From contig JBFXJJ010000006.1 in NCBI GenBank assembly GCA_050175015.1, forward strand, positions 64,001-128,000: a stretch of 64,000 bases of DNA. Reading direction: 5' to 3'. The stretch is from Alphaproteobacteria bacterium (GTDB lineage Bacteria > Pseudomonadota > Alphaproteobacteria > JBFXJJ01). The position numbers and the translations under genes are program-made. The notes below the pieces were generated by a model, which was not told the origin of the DNA, searched no databases, and was given only the letters and a program-made list of their open reading frames with translations. The number at the start of each line of letters is the position of its first letter. Position 1 is the stretch's first letter. Below, one piece after another: positions 28,763 through 38,075 of the stretch.

Positions 28763-29551
28763 TTAGTCTTTATTAAAGAAAACTTCTCCTGAGTTTATTC
28801 TTTGTCTCTGTCCATATTCATTAATAAATAAAATTGCTCCATCTTGATCTATATCTTCAAATTTTCCCTTTAGGGTTTCTTTTGGCAGTCTAATTACAAT
28901 ATCTTGACCTAAACCATAGGCATTTTCTAGCCAATCTTGTCTTATACCACTAAATCCCTCAATTTTCCAAAAATTAAACATCTCCAAAAATTTTTCTAAA
29001 AAAAGTTCTAGCAGCTTCTCATTTTCAATACTTATACCACAATCAGATAAAGATGTTGCTTTAATAGCACCGTCAACATCATCTGGGTGATTTTTGTTAT
29101 TAACACCCATTCCGATAATAACAAAATCATTTAAGCTCGTACCTGTTGTTTCTATTAATATGCCTGACACTTTGCAATAATCAGATGTTATTACGTCATT
29201 TGGCCATTTACATAAGAACTTTGATTTACCTGTTAACTCGTTAAGGACTTTTGTTAAAGCTAAAGATACAACAAAACTTAATTGCCCCATAACAAAAGCT
29301 TCAGAACTGAATTTTAATATCATTGAAAGATATAAATTTCCTTGGGGACTATGCCATAAACGTCCTCTTCGCCCTTTGCCGCTTTTTTGAATTTTTGAGA
29401 CGACAATCGTTCCCTCTGGTGCGCCATTTGCTGCTAAATCCCTAGCATAATCATTAGTGCTACCAACTTCATCTAATCTAATTATATTCCAAAAAACGCT
29501 GTTTTTATCCAAAGGATGCCACCTAAAACAAAACAGTTCCTTAATAAACAA
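28763..29551 (-). CDS. birA: Biotin-protein ligase (no HTH; start uncertain)
   Basis: STND, QKSGKGRRGRLW, KWPND, KVSGIL. Confidence 0.93.
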   Translation of the reverse strand: MFIKELFCFRWHPLDKNSVFWNIIRLDEVGSTNDYARDLAANGAPEGTIVVSKIQKSGKGRRGRLWHSPQGNLYLSMILKFSSEAFVMGQLSFVVSLALTKVLNELTGKSKFLCKWPNDVITSDYCKVSGILIETTGTSLNDFVIIGMGVNNKNHPDDVDGAIKATSLSDCGISIENEKLLELFLEKFLEMFNFWKIEGFSGIRQDWLENAYGLGQDIVIRLPKETLKGKFEDIDQDGAILFINEYGQRQRINSGEVFFNKD

Positions 29552-29554
29552 CCA

Positions 29555-30964
29555 CTAATTGGGCAATAAAAATGGATACGCACAAACAAGCAGCATTACA
29601 AAAAAACTACAAATCATAACAATACTATTATATAACCCTATATTATCAAATTTTTCATCTGTTTTTTTAAAATAAACAACATCTATAATTCTGATAAAGC
29701 TTAGCAGCATTAAAACAAGGGAAATAACTACACATACAATTAGCCAGTATATTTTGGTTTTCAATAATATCATTAGCAGATGAAAAATACCGTAAAAGCC
29801 AGCTAAAGCTGGAACGCCCGATAAAGACATCATAAAACAAACAAGGACAATAGCCCCAAACGGATGAGAAGAAGCAAAACCTTTAACATCTGCAATATTT
29901 TCAATTAGATTTCCATTTTTTCTTAAGGATAAAACAATTGAGAAAATACCAACGATGCTAATACTGTAAGATGTTACAAGAAATACTACAGCAGACAAAT
30001 CATTTTCTTTGATGCCGATGAATGATGCCCATATATAACCACTATAAACCATAGAACAATATGCCATCATTCTTTTTATGTTTGTTTGAGAAATCATAGC
30101 TATGGAACCTAGAAGCATTGACGCCGCAGCAAAAAACATTAATACAGGCATAAGCTGCGGCCATAAAGGCAAAAAGACATCTTTGATTAAACGAAGCAAC
30201 ACGACAAAATAGGCGATCTTCGGTGTTGACAATAAAAATGATGTTACTGGTGTTGGAGCGCCTTCCGCAATATTAATACTGCCAAAGTTGAACATCGCCA
30301 TATCACATTTAAATAATAAACTGGCAATAACCATAAAAAAACCAGCCATAAGCAAGGCATTGTTTCCGTTCTTTGAAACATACTCCGATACGATTTTAAA
30401 CCCCATACCACCTGTTGTTCCATAAATAAAAGAAACACCGTACAAATAAAATATTGCAACCACTAAACCTATGGCTAAAAATCTTGTTCCCATAATTGTT
30501 GAACGAGTTGCCCTTCTTTTAAAGGCAACCATCAAATACATCGGAAGCATAGAAAGCTCTAACCCCAAATAAAGGGTTATAAATCCTTTTGCAGAGATTG
30601 CTATCATCATTCCAGCTATCGAGAAAATTAAGAAAAAAGGATATTCATAACGCTTAAATTTTTTCAAAATAAGCCATTCATTGGCTAAGAAAATATTAGC
30701 CAAACCACAAAATAGAATTAATATCTTAAAATAAAGTGTTAGCTTATCATTAACTAAAAATGCCTCTAAATTATAATTAGACATATTGAAAAGAGAGAAT
30801 GTTAGAAATAAAGCACCCAATATAATGACTATTGATGATTTTAGAGCCGTATGATGAGAAATTCCGTGCCTAAATGCCCCCAAAACCAACATCACTACAG
30901 GAGCCATCAACAACAAAATTTCAGTTGTTACAAAACCAAATATATTATGAATTAAACTTATCAT
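29555..30964 (-). CDS. nuoN: Complex I subunit N homolog (divergent)
   Basis: LYLGLEL, EGAPTPVT, NIKRMMAY, SLSGVP.LAGF; canonical position before birA. Confidence 0.88.
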   Translation of the reverse strand: MISLIHNIFGFVTTEILLLMAPVVMLVLGAFRHGISHHTALKSSIVIILGALFLTFSLFNMSNYNLEAFLVNDKLTLYFKILILFCGLANIFLANEWLILKKFKRYEYPFFLIFSIAGMMIAISAKGFITLYLGLELSMLPMYLMVAFKRRATRSTIMGTRFLAIGLVVAIFYLYGVSFIYGTTGGMGFKIVSEYVSKNGNNALLMAGFFMVIASLLFKCDMAMFNFGSINIAEGAPTPVTSFLLSTPKIAYFVVLLRLIKDVFLPLWPQLMPVLMFFAAASMLLGSIAMISQTNIKRMMAYCSMVYSGYIWASFIGIKENDLSAVVFLVTSYSISIVGIFSIVLSLRKNGNLIENIADVKGFASSHPFGAIVLVCFMMSLSGVPALAGFYGIFHLLMILLKTKIYWLIVCVVISLVLMLLSFIRIIDVVYFKKTDEKFDNIGLYNSIVMICSFFVMLLVCAYPFLLPN

Positions 30965-30969
30965 AAGCT

Positions 30970-32343
30970 TTACCCTAACTCCGCAATAACTTGATTGGCA
31001 AAACTAAAAATTACAGCAAAAATTTTAGTTTGAAAAACAGCAAGAATAATGGTTGCTGCAATTAATGATAAAAAAGTTAGATAGTCTTTTTTATATCCTA
31101 TTTTGCTATTAGCAATATTGCGATTTTTTGCAAGCACGCTGATTGACGAGAAGAAAATAGCAACAACCGCAATTATCATAAAAACAATATCTTTCTTCAT
31201 TAGCTCTGAAATCATTATAATAAAACCAGAGAATACCGCAAAAGGAGGAAAAACAATAATTACAGGCAAAATTAAAAATTTTAAAACATCTAATATGCTT
31301 TTTTCATTATCCAAGATTTCCTCAAATTCAAATTGCAGCATCATCAAGGGAAAACAAAAAGCAATAAAGATAAAAATTACCGATGCCATCAAAAGTGCAT
31401 CAAATGAAAACAATCCGATTGTAACTATTCCCAAATAAATTCCAAAAAGATAGCTTAAAAATCTAAACGTATTCCGCTCTAAAACAACACATATAGAGCA
31501 ATATACCGTAGTAATAGAAGCCATAATTACTATAATATTGCCATATTCAACACAAACTTTAGGCAACAGCGGCATCACAAAGTGCAAAACCACATAAACA
31601 AAGCTCATAATTTGACAAGTAAGGAAAAATGATGCCACAGGAGCCTCTAGTTTCCTTAAAAAACCAGCCAGCCAAAAATGATTAGGAACAAAGCCTAGTC
31701 TCAAAAATAGCGAAGCTGCTATTAAAATAAACGTCAGCCTATTTATGTTACAATCTCCTGTTTCCTTATTAAAAAGGTAGCAGACAACCGCCGTTAAAAA
31801 TAAAAAAGAAGATAACAATAAATTAAGAACAGGCCACTTTTCTTTGGTGTTGTCCTCTTCTTCCATATTTATTCGACTTATAAAAATGAAAGGAATTGGA
31901 AGTATGAAGAAAAACACATTAAAAAGCATAATATTCAAAGATGAAAACATACCGTTACCAATGGCTGTGGCCAAAAGTATACTAACAATATATTCTTTGT
32001 GTTTTTCTTTATTCTTATCTCTTAAGGAAAAAACACAAAGCATACTCAAAAATGAGTTAATCATAATAAATATTAAAGATACAGCTTCAACGCCAACAGC
32101 GTGTTCTATTTTAAATTCATTATTAAAAATATCTCTTTTTTCTAATAATTGAAACCCAAGCTTGCTAAAGTCATAACGAAGCACCAAAGATGCGGCAAGA
32201 ATAAAAGTTGATATTACAGTTAATAATGCAACATTGCTGGTATTTTTAGAAATCGTCAAATTTTCGTTTCTAATAAAAAAGATAAAAAATATGCCCATTA
32301 GCGGCAAAAATGTAATTAAAGATAAAATCGGCCAATTTGTCAT
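30970..32343 (-). CDS. nuoM: Complex I subunit M homolog (highly divergent)
   Basis: WPILSLITFLPL N-terminus typical of alpha NuoM, P.H.WL, antiporter-like hydrophobicity, synteny. Confidence 0.8.
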   Translation of the reverse strand: MTNWPILSLITFLPLMGIFFIFFIRNENLTISKNTSNVALLTVISTFILAASLVLRYDFSKLGFQLLEKRDIFNNEFKIEHAVGVEAVSLIFIMINSFLSMLCVFSLRDKNKEKHKEYIVSILLATAIGNGMFSSLNIMLFNVFFFILPIPFIFISRINMEEEDNTKEKWPVLNLLLSSFLFLTAVVCYLFNKETGDCNINRLTFILIAASLFLRLGFVPNHFWLAGFLRKLEAPVASFFLTCQIMSFVYVVLHFVMPLLPKVCVEYGNIIVIMASITTVYCSICVVLERNTFRFLSYLFGIYLGIVTIGLFSFDALLMASVIFIFIAFCFPLMMLQFEFEEILDNEKSILDVLKFLILPVIIVFPPFAVFSGFIIMISELMKKDIVFMIIAVVAIFFSSISVLAKNRNIANSKIGYKKDYLTFLSLIAATIILAVFQTKIFAVIFSFANQVIAELG

Positions 32344-34070
32344 TTATAAAACACTACAAAACTTAAAGTTAAAATCAACGTTACGGCAAAAAACAGAGCA
32401 TTAAATGTAAAATTATTCTTTTGATAAAGTTTGGCAAATTTCTTTAAAAGCTCAAACATTTTATCAATAATTTTTTCGATTGTCCTATTCAAAATTCTGT
32501 TATTAACTTTGTTTTTTAAGGCTATACCAAAACGAAACATAGGGAAAGCAACCACTTTAAAAAAGAACATATCCGCTTTTTCAGCAAAAGAAAACCTAAC
32601 TTCTTTAGAGCAGATATTCCGTCTGTAAATTTTTTCAGCCCAAAAAATGCCGACAGCAACTGCGATTAAACGATAACCAGAAAACATATTAAACTTGATA
32701 TAGTAAGAAACGATACTCAAAAATATAGCAGTAACAGACATTGATGATAAAATAAACAATGAACGTTCTTGAACTCTTGCAAACACAGCGTCTTCAGCTT
32801 TGGTTGTCCCCAAGCAGGAACAAATGATAATTCTTGCAACCGCAAAAGCAAAAACACCACTTGCCAAAAGCTCCCAGACATTAATCATATAATCAATTTT
32901 TACTATTTTTATGCTTAGATAAGGAACAAGCATAAAAGCTGCCCCAACCAACATCATAAAATATGTTGCTGGCAAAAGCTTTTTTGCTCCCCCCATTTTA
33001 TCCAGCCTGTACTCGCTAGAAAATGCCTCTATCAAAGAACCACAAGCTAGGAAATAAAGCAGGCTTGCCGTGATTTGAAATACTGCAAAGAAAACAAAAC
33101 CGTCCAAACCATTTAAAACAAAATAAGTAATCATTAAACCCATCTGTGATGAAATCAAAAAAGCGAGCGATGATGCGATATCTTTTTCAAAAACAGCAAA
33201 TATTGGCGATAAAAATACAGTTGCTACCCCAAGAATCATAGCTATTTCAACAATTTTAGGATTAAACAACAAAACATCAGAAAGCCTTGTCATAACAATC
33301 ATAAAACATAATGGAACGGTAATTGTTGCCGTGACAATAAAACTTGGGAAATGAGCTCTTGATGTTTTTATAAAGACCAAATTTCCAATAATAAAACCGC
33401 CTTTTACCCATACAAACAGCCAAAGCAAGCTCGAAACAATGTTAATGAGTTCCTTTTTATTCTCAAAATTATTATCTTGAACAAAACCATCATTGCCAAA
33501 AGTTGAAAGCCAAATGGCAAAAGCTACAAATATCAAGAAACTGCCAATGGTCTCAAACACCATAAAGCTCAAAAGGCTATCTTTGGATTCATCTTGCCTG
33601 CGACCGTTGACAATTAATATCCCTGCAAACAAAAGAGCCAAATCCATACCTAAAATTAATTGAAAAAAACCTGTGGCTAAAATAGCTATTTTTAAGAAAA
33701 ATATCTGTGAACTGAGAATAGAAAAAATTGCATTTTTGCTTGTTCCAACGATAGAGAAAGAATAACAAAAAACAAAAACACAAAAATAGATTATTGCAAG
33801 AATTAAAAGATACGTTACTGAGGCTTTATCAACAATGAAGCCGTAAGTTAAATAAAAATTTTCCTTAAAAAGCAGCTGAAAAACCGCGGTCTGTAAATTT
33901 CCATCTGCTCCAATAAAAACTAAAAAGCTAAAAAAAACATCAACAAAAGCTAAAAGAGGAAAAACTAACTCTGATGCCTTTTTTTTGTTAAACTTTTCCA
34001 AAACTATACTAGCGAAAACGGCTAAAAAATTAACCGATAAAACACTGTAAAAAGAAAAAAGTGTCACCAT
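32340..34070 (-). CDS. nuoL: Complex I subunit L homolog (highly divergent)
   Basis: DIA..LAF..SSQMG, GSLI, KMGG remnants; synteny between nuoK and nuoM. Confidence 0.8.
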   Translation of the reverse strand: MVTLFSFYSVLSVNFLAVFASIVLEKFNKKKASELVFPLLAFVDVFFSFLVFIGADGNLQTAVFQLLFKENFYLTYGFIVDKASVTYLLILAIIYFCVFVFCYSFSIVGTSKNAIFSILSSQIFFLKIAILATGFFQLILGMDLALLFAGILIVNGRRQDESKDSLLSFMVFETIGSFLIFVAFAIWLSTFGNDGFVQDNNFENKKELINIVSSLLWLFVWVKGGFIIGNLVFIKTSRAHFPSFIVTATITVPLCFMIVMTRLSDVLLFNPKIVEIAMILGVATVFLSPIFAVFEKDIASSLAFLISSQMGLMITYFVLNGLDGFVFFAVFQITASLLYFLACGSLIEAFSSEYRLDKMGGAKKLLPATYFMMLVGAAFMLVPYLSIKIVKIDYMINVWELLASGVFAFAVARIIICSCLGTTKAEDAVFARVQERSLFILSSMSVTAIFLSIVSYYIKFNMFSGYRLIAVAVGIFWAEKIYRRNICSKEVRFSFAEKADMFFFKVVAFPMFRFGIALKNKVNNRILNRTIEKIIDKMFELLKKFAKLYQKNNFTFNALFFAVTLILTLSFVVFYK

Positions 34071-34361
34071 TTAAACAGCCTCCTCTCCGTCGGTTCTGTG
34101 CTTACGGAAACAAACAAGCATAATAGCAAGAGAAACCGCTATTTTAGCCGCACCAACAGCAAGAATAAGCATATAAAAAACTTCTCCCATAATATCGCCG
34201 TGATACTTTGCAAAAGCCATAAAATTAATCGCTATACCTGCCTGCATAACAAAGAAAGCGATTATAATCCGAGCAATTGAACCTTTACTAGTAACGGCTC
34301 CATAAAAACCGATTACAAAGACCACGAAAGCAAGCAGAAGAAAATGATAAATTGTAATCAT
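34071..34361 (-). CDS. nuoK: Complex I subunit K homolog
   Basis: 3 TMs, INFMAF, GD..G..F, AVGAA.IAVSLAI. Confidence 0.85.
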   Translation of the reverse strand: MITIYHFLLLAFVVFVIGFYGAVTSKGSIARIIIAFFVMQAGIAINFMAFAKYHGDIMGEVFYMLILAVGAAKIAVSLAIMLVCFRKHRTDGEEAV

Positions 34362-34951
34362 ATTTTGGCTCCCTCTTTTTCTGGTGCAAGTTTAACTAGC
34401 TCTAAATCTTCATCTTTATGGATTTTTGATTTTTTAATTTTTTCCTGTTCTTTGCCTTCTATACCATAAACAAGCATTATAGCCCCCGAAGCTCCACAGA
34501 AAAGAATGACACCTGAAATTTGAAATAGGAAATATCTGCTGTAAAAGAGGTGACGTCCAAGTTCTTTAAATGAAAAAATATCATTATTTACTGCTATTTC
34601 TTTTACATTACTTACCCCAAAAAATGCCGCAACAACGTTAATTAGAAATACTAGAAATAAAGAGAACATAAAAAAAGCAAATAAATTTTTAATGTTTTTG
34701 GAATCATACGAATTATTTTCTTCAATCATAATGGCAAAAACAGTAACCACGCATATTGAAGATAAATCTATCAGCCCTAAAGACAACGCAACAAACTCGA
34801 AACCAAGAGCAATCAAAATTCCTGATAAAGTACAAATAAAAGGCACCAAAAACAATAAACCGCTTATTTTATTTTTGGAACTAACCGCAAGTATTGCAAA
34901 AAATATTAGCAATACTGCGAAAAAATAAAATATGGTATCACTTAAAATCAT
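34358..34951 (-). CDS. nuoJ: Complex I subunit J homolog
   Basis: FYFFA, EFVA, LG..L...Y..LFQ.SG.IL...GAI.L; synteny. Confidence 0.8.
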   Translation of the reverse strand: MILSDTIFYFFAVLLIFFAILAVSSKNKISGLLFLVPFICTLSGILIALGFEFVALSLGLIDLSSICVVTVFAIMIEENNSYDSKNIKNLFAFFMFSLFLVFLINVVAAFFGVSNVKEIAVNNDIFSFKELGRHLFYSRYFLFQISGVILFCGASGAIMLVYGIEGKEQEKIKKSKIHKDEDLELVKLAPEKEGAKI

Positions 34952-34959
34952 AATATAAA

Positions 34960-35841
34960 TTATCCATTAAAAACCACATAACCTGCGGTAAAAAAGCTCC
35001 AAAAAACGTTTATTGGAAAAATAAATTTCCACAAAAAACCCAAAAGTTGATCTTCTCTAAATCTTGGGGTCGTATATTTAATAAACATCATAAGAACTAA
35101 ACATAAGGCTATTTTAAGAACAAACCAGACAAACTGAGGAATTTTTAACAGCCAAAGAGCGCCACCTATCGGCAGCCAGCCACCTAAAAACATAACCGTA
35201 ACAAAAGCTGCAACCGCAAGCATTGAGAGAATGTCGCCCAAATCAAACAACATTAAAGATAGTCCAGAATATTCACTGCGGTACCCTCCTGTAATCTCGG
35301 TTGTACCATCAGAAAAATTGAGAGGTTTCAACATCATAAAAGCAATCATAGAGAAAACAAAACCTATGAAAGTAAGAATATGCGGAAAAACAAACCACAT
35401 ATCTCTCTGGGCATCAACAATGTCAGCAAATTTCAAAGAATGAGACGAAATAACAACAGGAATAACACTAGAAAATGCTACAAGCCTAGAGTTTATAATC
35501 TGCCTAGCTGCTCGGAGGCTTCCAATAACAGCATTTCTTGTATTACTACCTATGCCTGCCATAATGCAGCCAAAAACATCAAGGCATAAAACCACAAATA
35601 CCAAAAACAAACCGGCCTCAACATTCGCAAAAGCCGCCTTTTCACTAAAAGGAATAAGCAGAAAAACAAGCATTGCAACACAAATGTTGATTACAGGAGC
35701 AACCGCGAAAAAGACACTATCGGCATCTTTAGGTAAACTGTATTTTTTAGTATGTACTTTAAAAATTGATAAAAAATCTGAAGTCAAACCTTTTGCTAAA
35801 TTTATGAAAAACTGAGATAAAAAACACTTCATAATAACCAC
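34960..35841 (-). CDS. nuoH: Complex I subunit H homolog (N-terminally shortened)
   Basis: IGSLRAA, EITGGY.SEYSG, FLGGW, PRFREDQL..F.WK. Confidence 0.88.
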   Translation of the reverse strand: MVIMKCFLSQFFINLAKGLTSDFLSIFKVHTKKYSLPKDADSVFFAVAPVINICVAMLVFLLIPFSEKAAFANVEAGLFLVFVVLCLDVFGCIMAGIGSNTRNAVIGSLRAARQIINSRLVAFSSVIPVVISSHSLKFADIVDAQRDMWFVFPHILTFIGFVFSMIAFMMLKPLNFSDGTTEITGGYRSEYSGLSLMLFDLGDILSMLAVAAFVTVMFLGGWLPIGGALWLLKIPQFVWFVLKIALCLVLMMFIKYTTPRFREDQLLGFLWKFIFPINVFWSFFTAGYVVFNG

Positions 35842-35846
35842 AATTC

Positions 35847-36989
35847 CTATTTATCAATATTAGCAGAAGAAACGTCTAAACTCGCAACAATCAAAGGAAC
35901 ATCTGAAATAAAGCTTCCCTTAAGCAGCATATTTAAGGATCCTGCATGAGCAAGGCTTGGCGTCCTGATGCTACAACGATAAGGCTTATCTGTTCCATCA
36001 GATACAATAAAAACACCTAACTCGCCTTTAGGGCTTTCAACACAACTTAAAACCTCATCTTTATCATTAGGTTTTATATCATAACTACTTAAAATACTGC
36101 TATATTTATTATTCCTGCCTGAACTTAAAACATCAATTTCACCTTGCGGAATCTTAATAAGAGCCTGATTAATTATTGCCATTGATTGTTTTATCTCTTC
36201 AAATCTTACAAGACATCTAGCATAGCAATCTCCAGCCTCACACACTGGAATTTCAAAGTCAAAATCAGCATATACACCATAAGATGTTTTTCTTCTCAAG
36301 TCCCACACACAGCCTGAAGCTCTAAGACAAGGACCAGAAAAACCTAAAGACATCGCTTGATCAAAATCAACAAACCCGACATCTTTTGTCCTGACCTTAA
36401 AACCATAATTATTGGTTACAACCTTATCAACTTCTTCAAGAAAACAAGATAATTCATTGTTTAAAAATGATTTTATTCCAAAAACAAAATCATCAGACAA
36501 ATCAAATCTAACTCCGCCCAAACAAAAGAGACCTTCTTGAATTCTAACATCTAGCGTTTTTGTATAAATTTCAACAAGTTGCCGTTTTAACTTAACCGAT
36601 ACACTTAAGATATTGTCCATACCAACTGTGTTGCAAATATTTCCAATATTAATAATATGATTGATAATTCGAGCAATTTCAGCGTGAACAGTTCTTATAT
36701 AAGATGCCCTTTTGCTAACCTCGATATTAGCCAGATATTCACAAGCTAAAACAAATGGATATTCAGAAGAAAAAGGAACGCTATTATCAATACGGCTCAT
36801 ATAGGGAATAATATTGGCATATTTTTTACTTTCAAAGCTCTTCTCTAAGCCTTTATGATAATATCCAACATAAGTCTCGGCATCACTTATAGCCTCACCC
36901 TCAACGTGAAGACGGAACTTTATCCCGCAAGCAAGATAATTCTCAACCCCTATCTCAAATGTATCAGAAACAGCTTTATTATGAACCAT
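35847..36989 (-). CDS. nuoD: Complex I subunit D homolog (divergent)
   Basis: GY.HKGLEK, GFSGP.LRASG, GDCYAR, ESPKGELG, PYRC.IR; no NiFe CxxC pairs. Confidence 0.9.
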   Translation of the reverse strand: MVHNKAVSDTFEIGVENYLACGIKFRLHVEGEAISDAETYVGYYHKGLEKSFESKKYANIIPYMSRIDNSVPFSSEYPFVLACEYLANIEVSKRASYIRTVHAEIARIINHIINIGNICNTVGMDNILSVSVKLKRQLVEIYTKTLDVRIQEGLFCLGGVRFDLSDDFVFGIKSFLNNELSCFLEEVDKVVTNNYGFKVRTKDVGFVDFDQAMSLGFSGPCLRASGCVWDLRRKTSYGVYADFDFEIPVCEAGDCYARCLVRFEEIKQSMAIINQALIKIPQGEIDVLSSGRNNKYSSILSSYDIKPNDKDEVLSCVESPKGELGVFIVSDGTDKPYRCSIRTPSLAHAGSLNMLLKGSFISDVPLIVASLDVSSANIDK

Positions 36990-37010
36990 AGCTAAACCCT
37001 AAAATATCTA

Positions 37011-37604
37011 TCAGCCCTTTATCTGGCAGCAAGCCCCAAAAGCACTACAAGTTGTTTGCTCGTTTTCTTTGGGAAAAAGCCTAATAATTTTGCGATTATC
37101 ATCAAATTTTTTCTCGAACTCACCATTAAGAGGAAAATCTTTTCTTAAAGGATACCCCTTAAACCCAAAATCATTATAAAGACGCCTTAAATCTGGGTGT
37201 TCGGCAAAACATATCCCAAACATATCCCAAACCTCTTGCTCATACCAAACAGCAGAGTCATAGACTTGAGATACTGATTTTACCAGTTTCAAGCCATCGT
37301 TTGTTATTCGAACAATAATTCTCTGATTAAGCTCGTGGCTTAAAATATGATATAAAACCTCAAAACGCTCTTCTTTTTCAGGGTAATCTATCCCCGAAAT
37401 ATTAGTTAAACTAGAAAATCTACAGTTAGCATCATCTCTTAGAAAAGAAAGAACTCTAGGAAGCAGCCTAGGCTGCGCATATATATTAAGAATGCCGTTT
37501 TTTATCACAACATTTTTAATGCTGTCTTGAAGACTCGCTTCAATATAAGCCGCAAGATTTTCAAGATTATTCTCTATTTGTAACCGACGATGTTTCTTTT
37601 TCAT
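37011..37604 (-). CDS. nuoC: Complex I subunit C
   Basis: WYEQEVWDMFG, HPDLRR, GYPLRKDFPL. Confidence 0.93.
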   Translation of the reverse strand: MKKKHRRLQIENNLENLAAYIEASLQDSIKNVVIKNGILNIYAQPRLLPRVLSFLRDDANCRFSSLTNISGIDYPEKEERFEVLYHILSHELNQRIIVRITNDGLKLVKSVSQVYDSAVWYEQEVWDMFGICFAEHPDLRRLYNDFGFKGYPLRKDFPLNGEFEKKFDDNRKIIRLFPKENEQTTCSAFGACCQIKG

Positions 37605-37613
37605 AGCTTTTTG

Positions 37614-38075
37614 CTAGTCCTTGTTAGTAATAAATTTAAAAACATCAAAAATGAGACTTGGATCTGGAGGACAACCAACCACCTGAATATCAACAGGCAC
37701 AATCTTATCAACGCCTCTAACTAAGGAATAAGAAGAATAAAGCCCACCAGAACAGGCGCAAGATCCAACCGCCACAACCCATTTAGGAAACGCCATTTCG
37801 TCATAAACATGCCTTATAATTGGAGCAACCTTATTAGTTATTTCTCCAGAAAAGACCATAACATCACAATGTTTAGGACTATTTTTAATCGAGACTTTTA
37901 AGCTTTTATCAACACTGCTGTACGGCATAAACATATCCAGCCCACAACAGCCTTGATCCAATAGATATACCGCAAGAGAATTAGTTATAATTTTCTTATT
38001 TTCTCTTAAAACCACAAATTTTGAATTAGATGGAACTTTACCAGCATCATTAAGACTACAGCTTATCTTTTCCAT
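37614..38075 (-). CDS. nuoB: Complex I subunit B homolog (cluster N2)
   Basis: CC, PKWVVAVGSCA, GVDKIVPVD, GCPP. Confidence 0.92.
   Translation of the reverse strand: MEKISCSLNDAGKVPSNSKFVVLRENKKIITNSLAVYLLDQGCCGLDMFMPYSSVDKSLKVSIKNSPKHCDVMVFSGEITNKVAPIIRHVYDEMAFPKWVVAVGSCACSGGLYSSYSLVRGVDKIVPVDIQVVGCPPDPSLIFDVFKFITNKD

Noticed and set aside
29555-34361. Mrp Na+/H+ antiporter operon
   Set aside because: No MrpE/F/G-like genes; the N-termini and order match NuoK/L/M/N.
35847-38075. Group 4 [NiFe]-hydrogenase (Ech/Hyc/Mbh) or Ehr interpretation of the nuo-like genes
   Set aside because: The large subunit has no N- or C-terminal CxxC nickel ligands. NuoA and NuoJ are present, and the nuoN-birA-rnj context is that of true alphaproteobacterial complex I.
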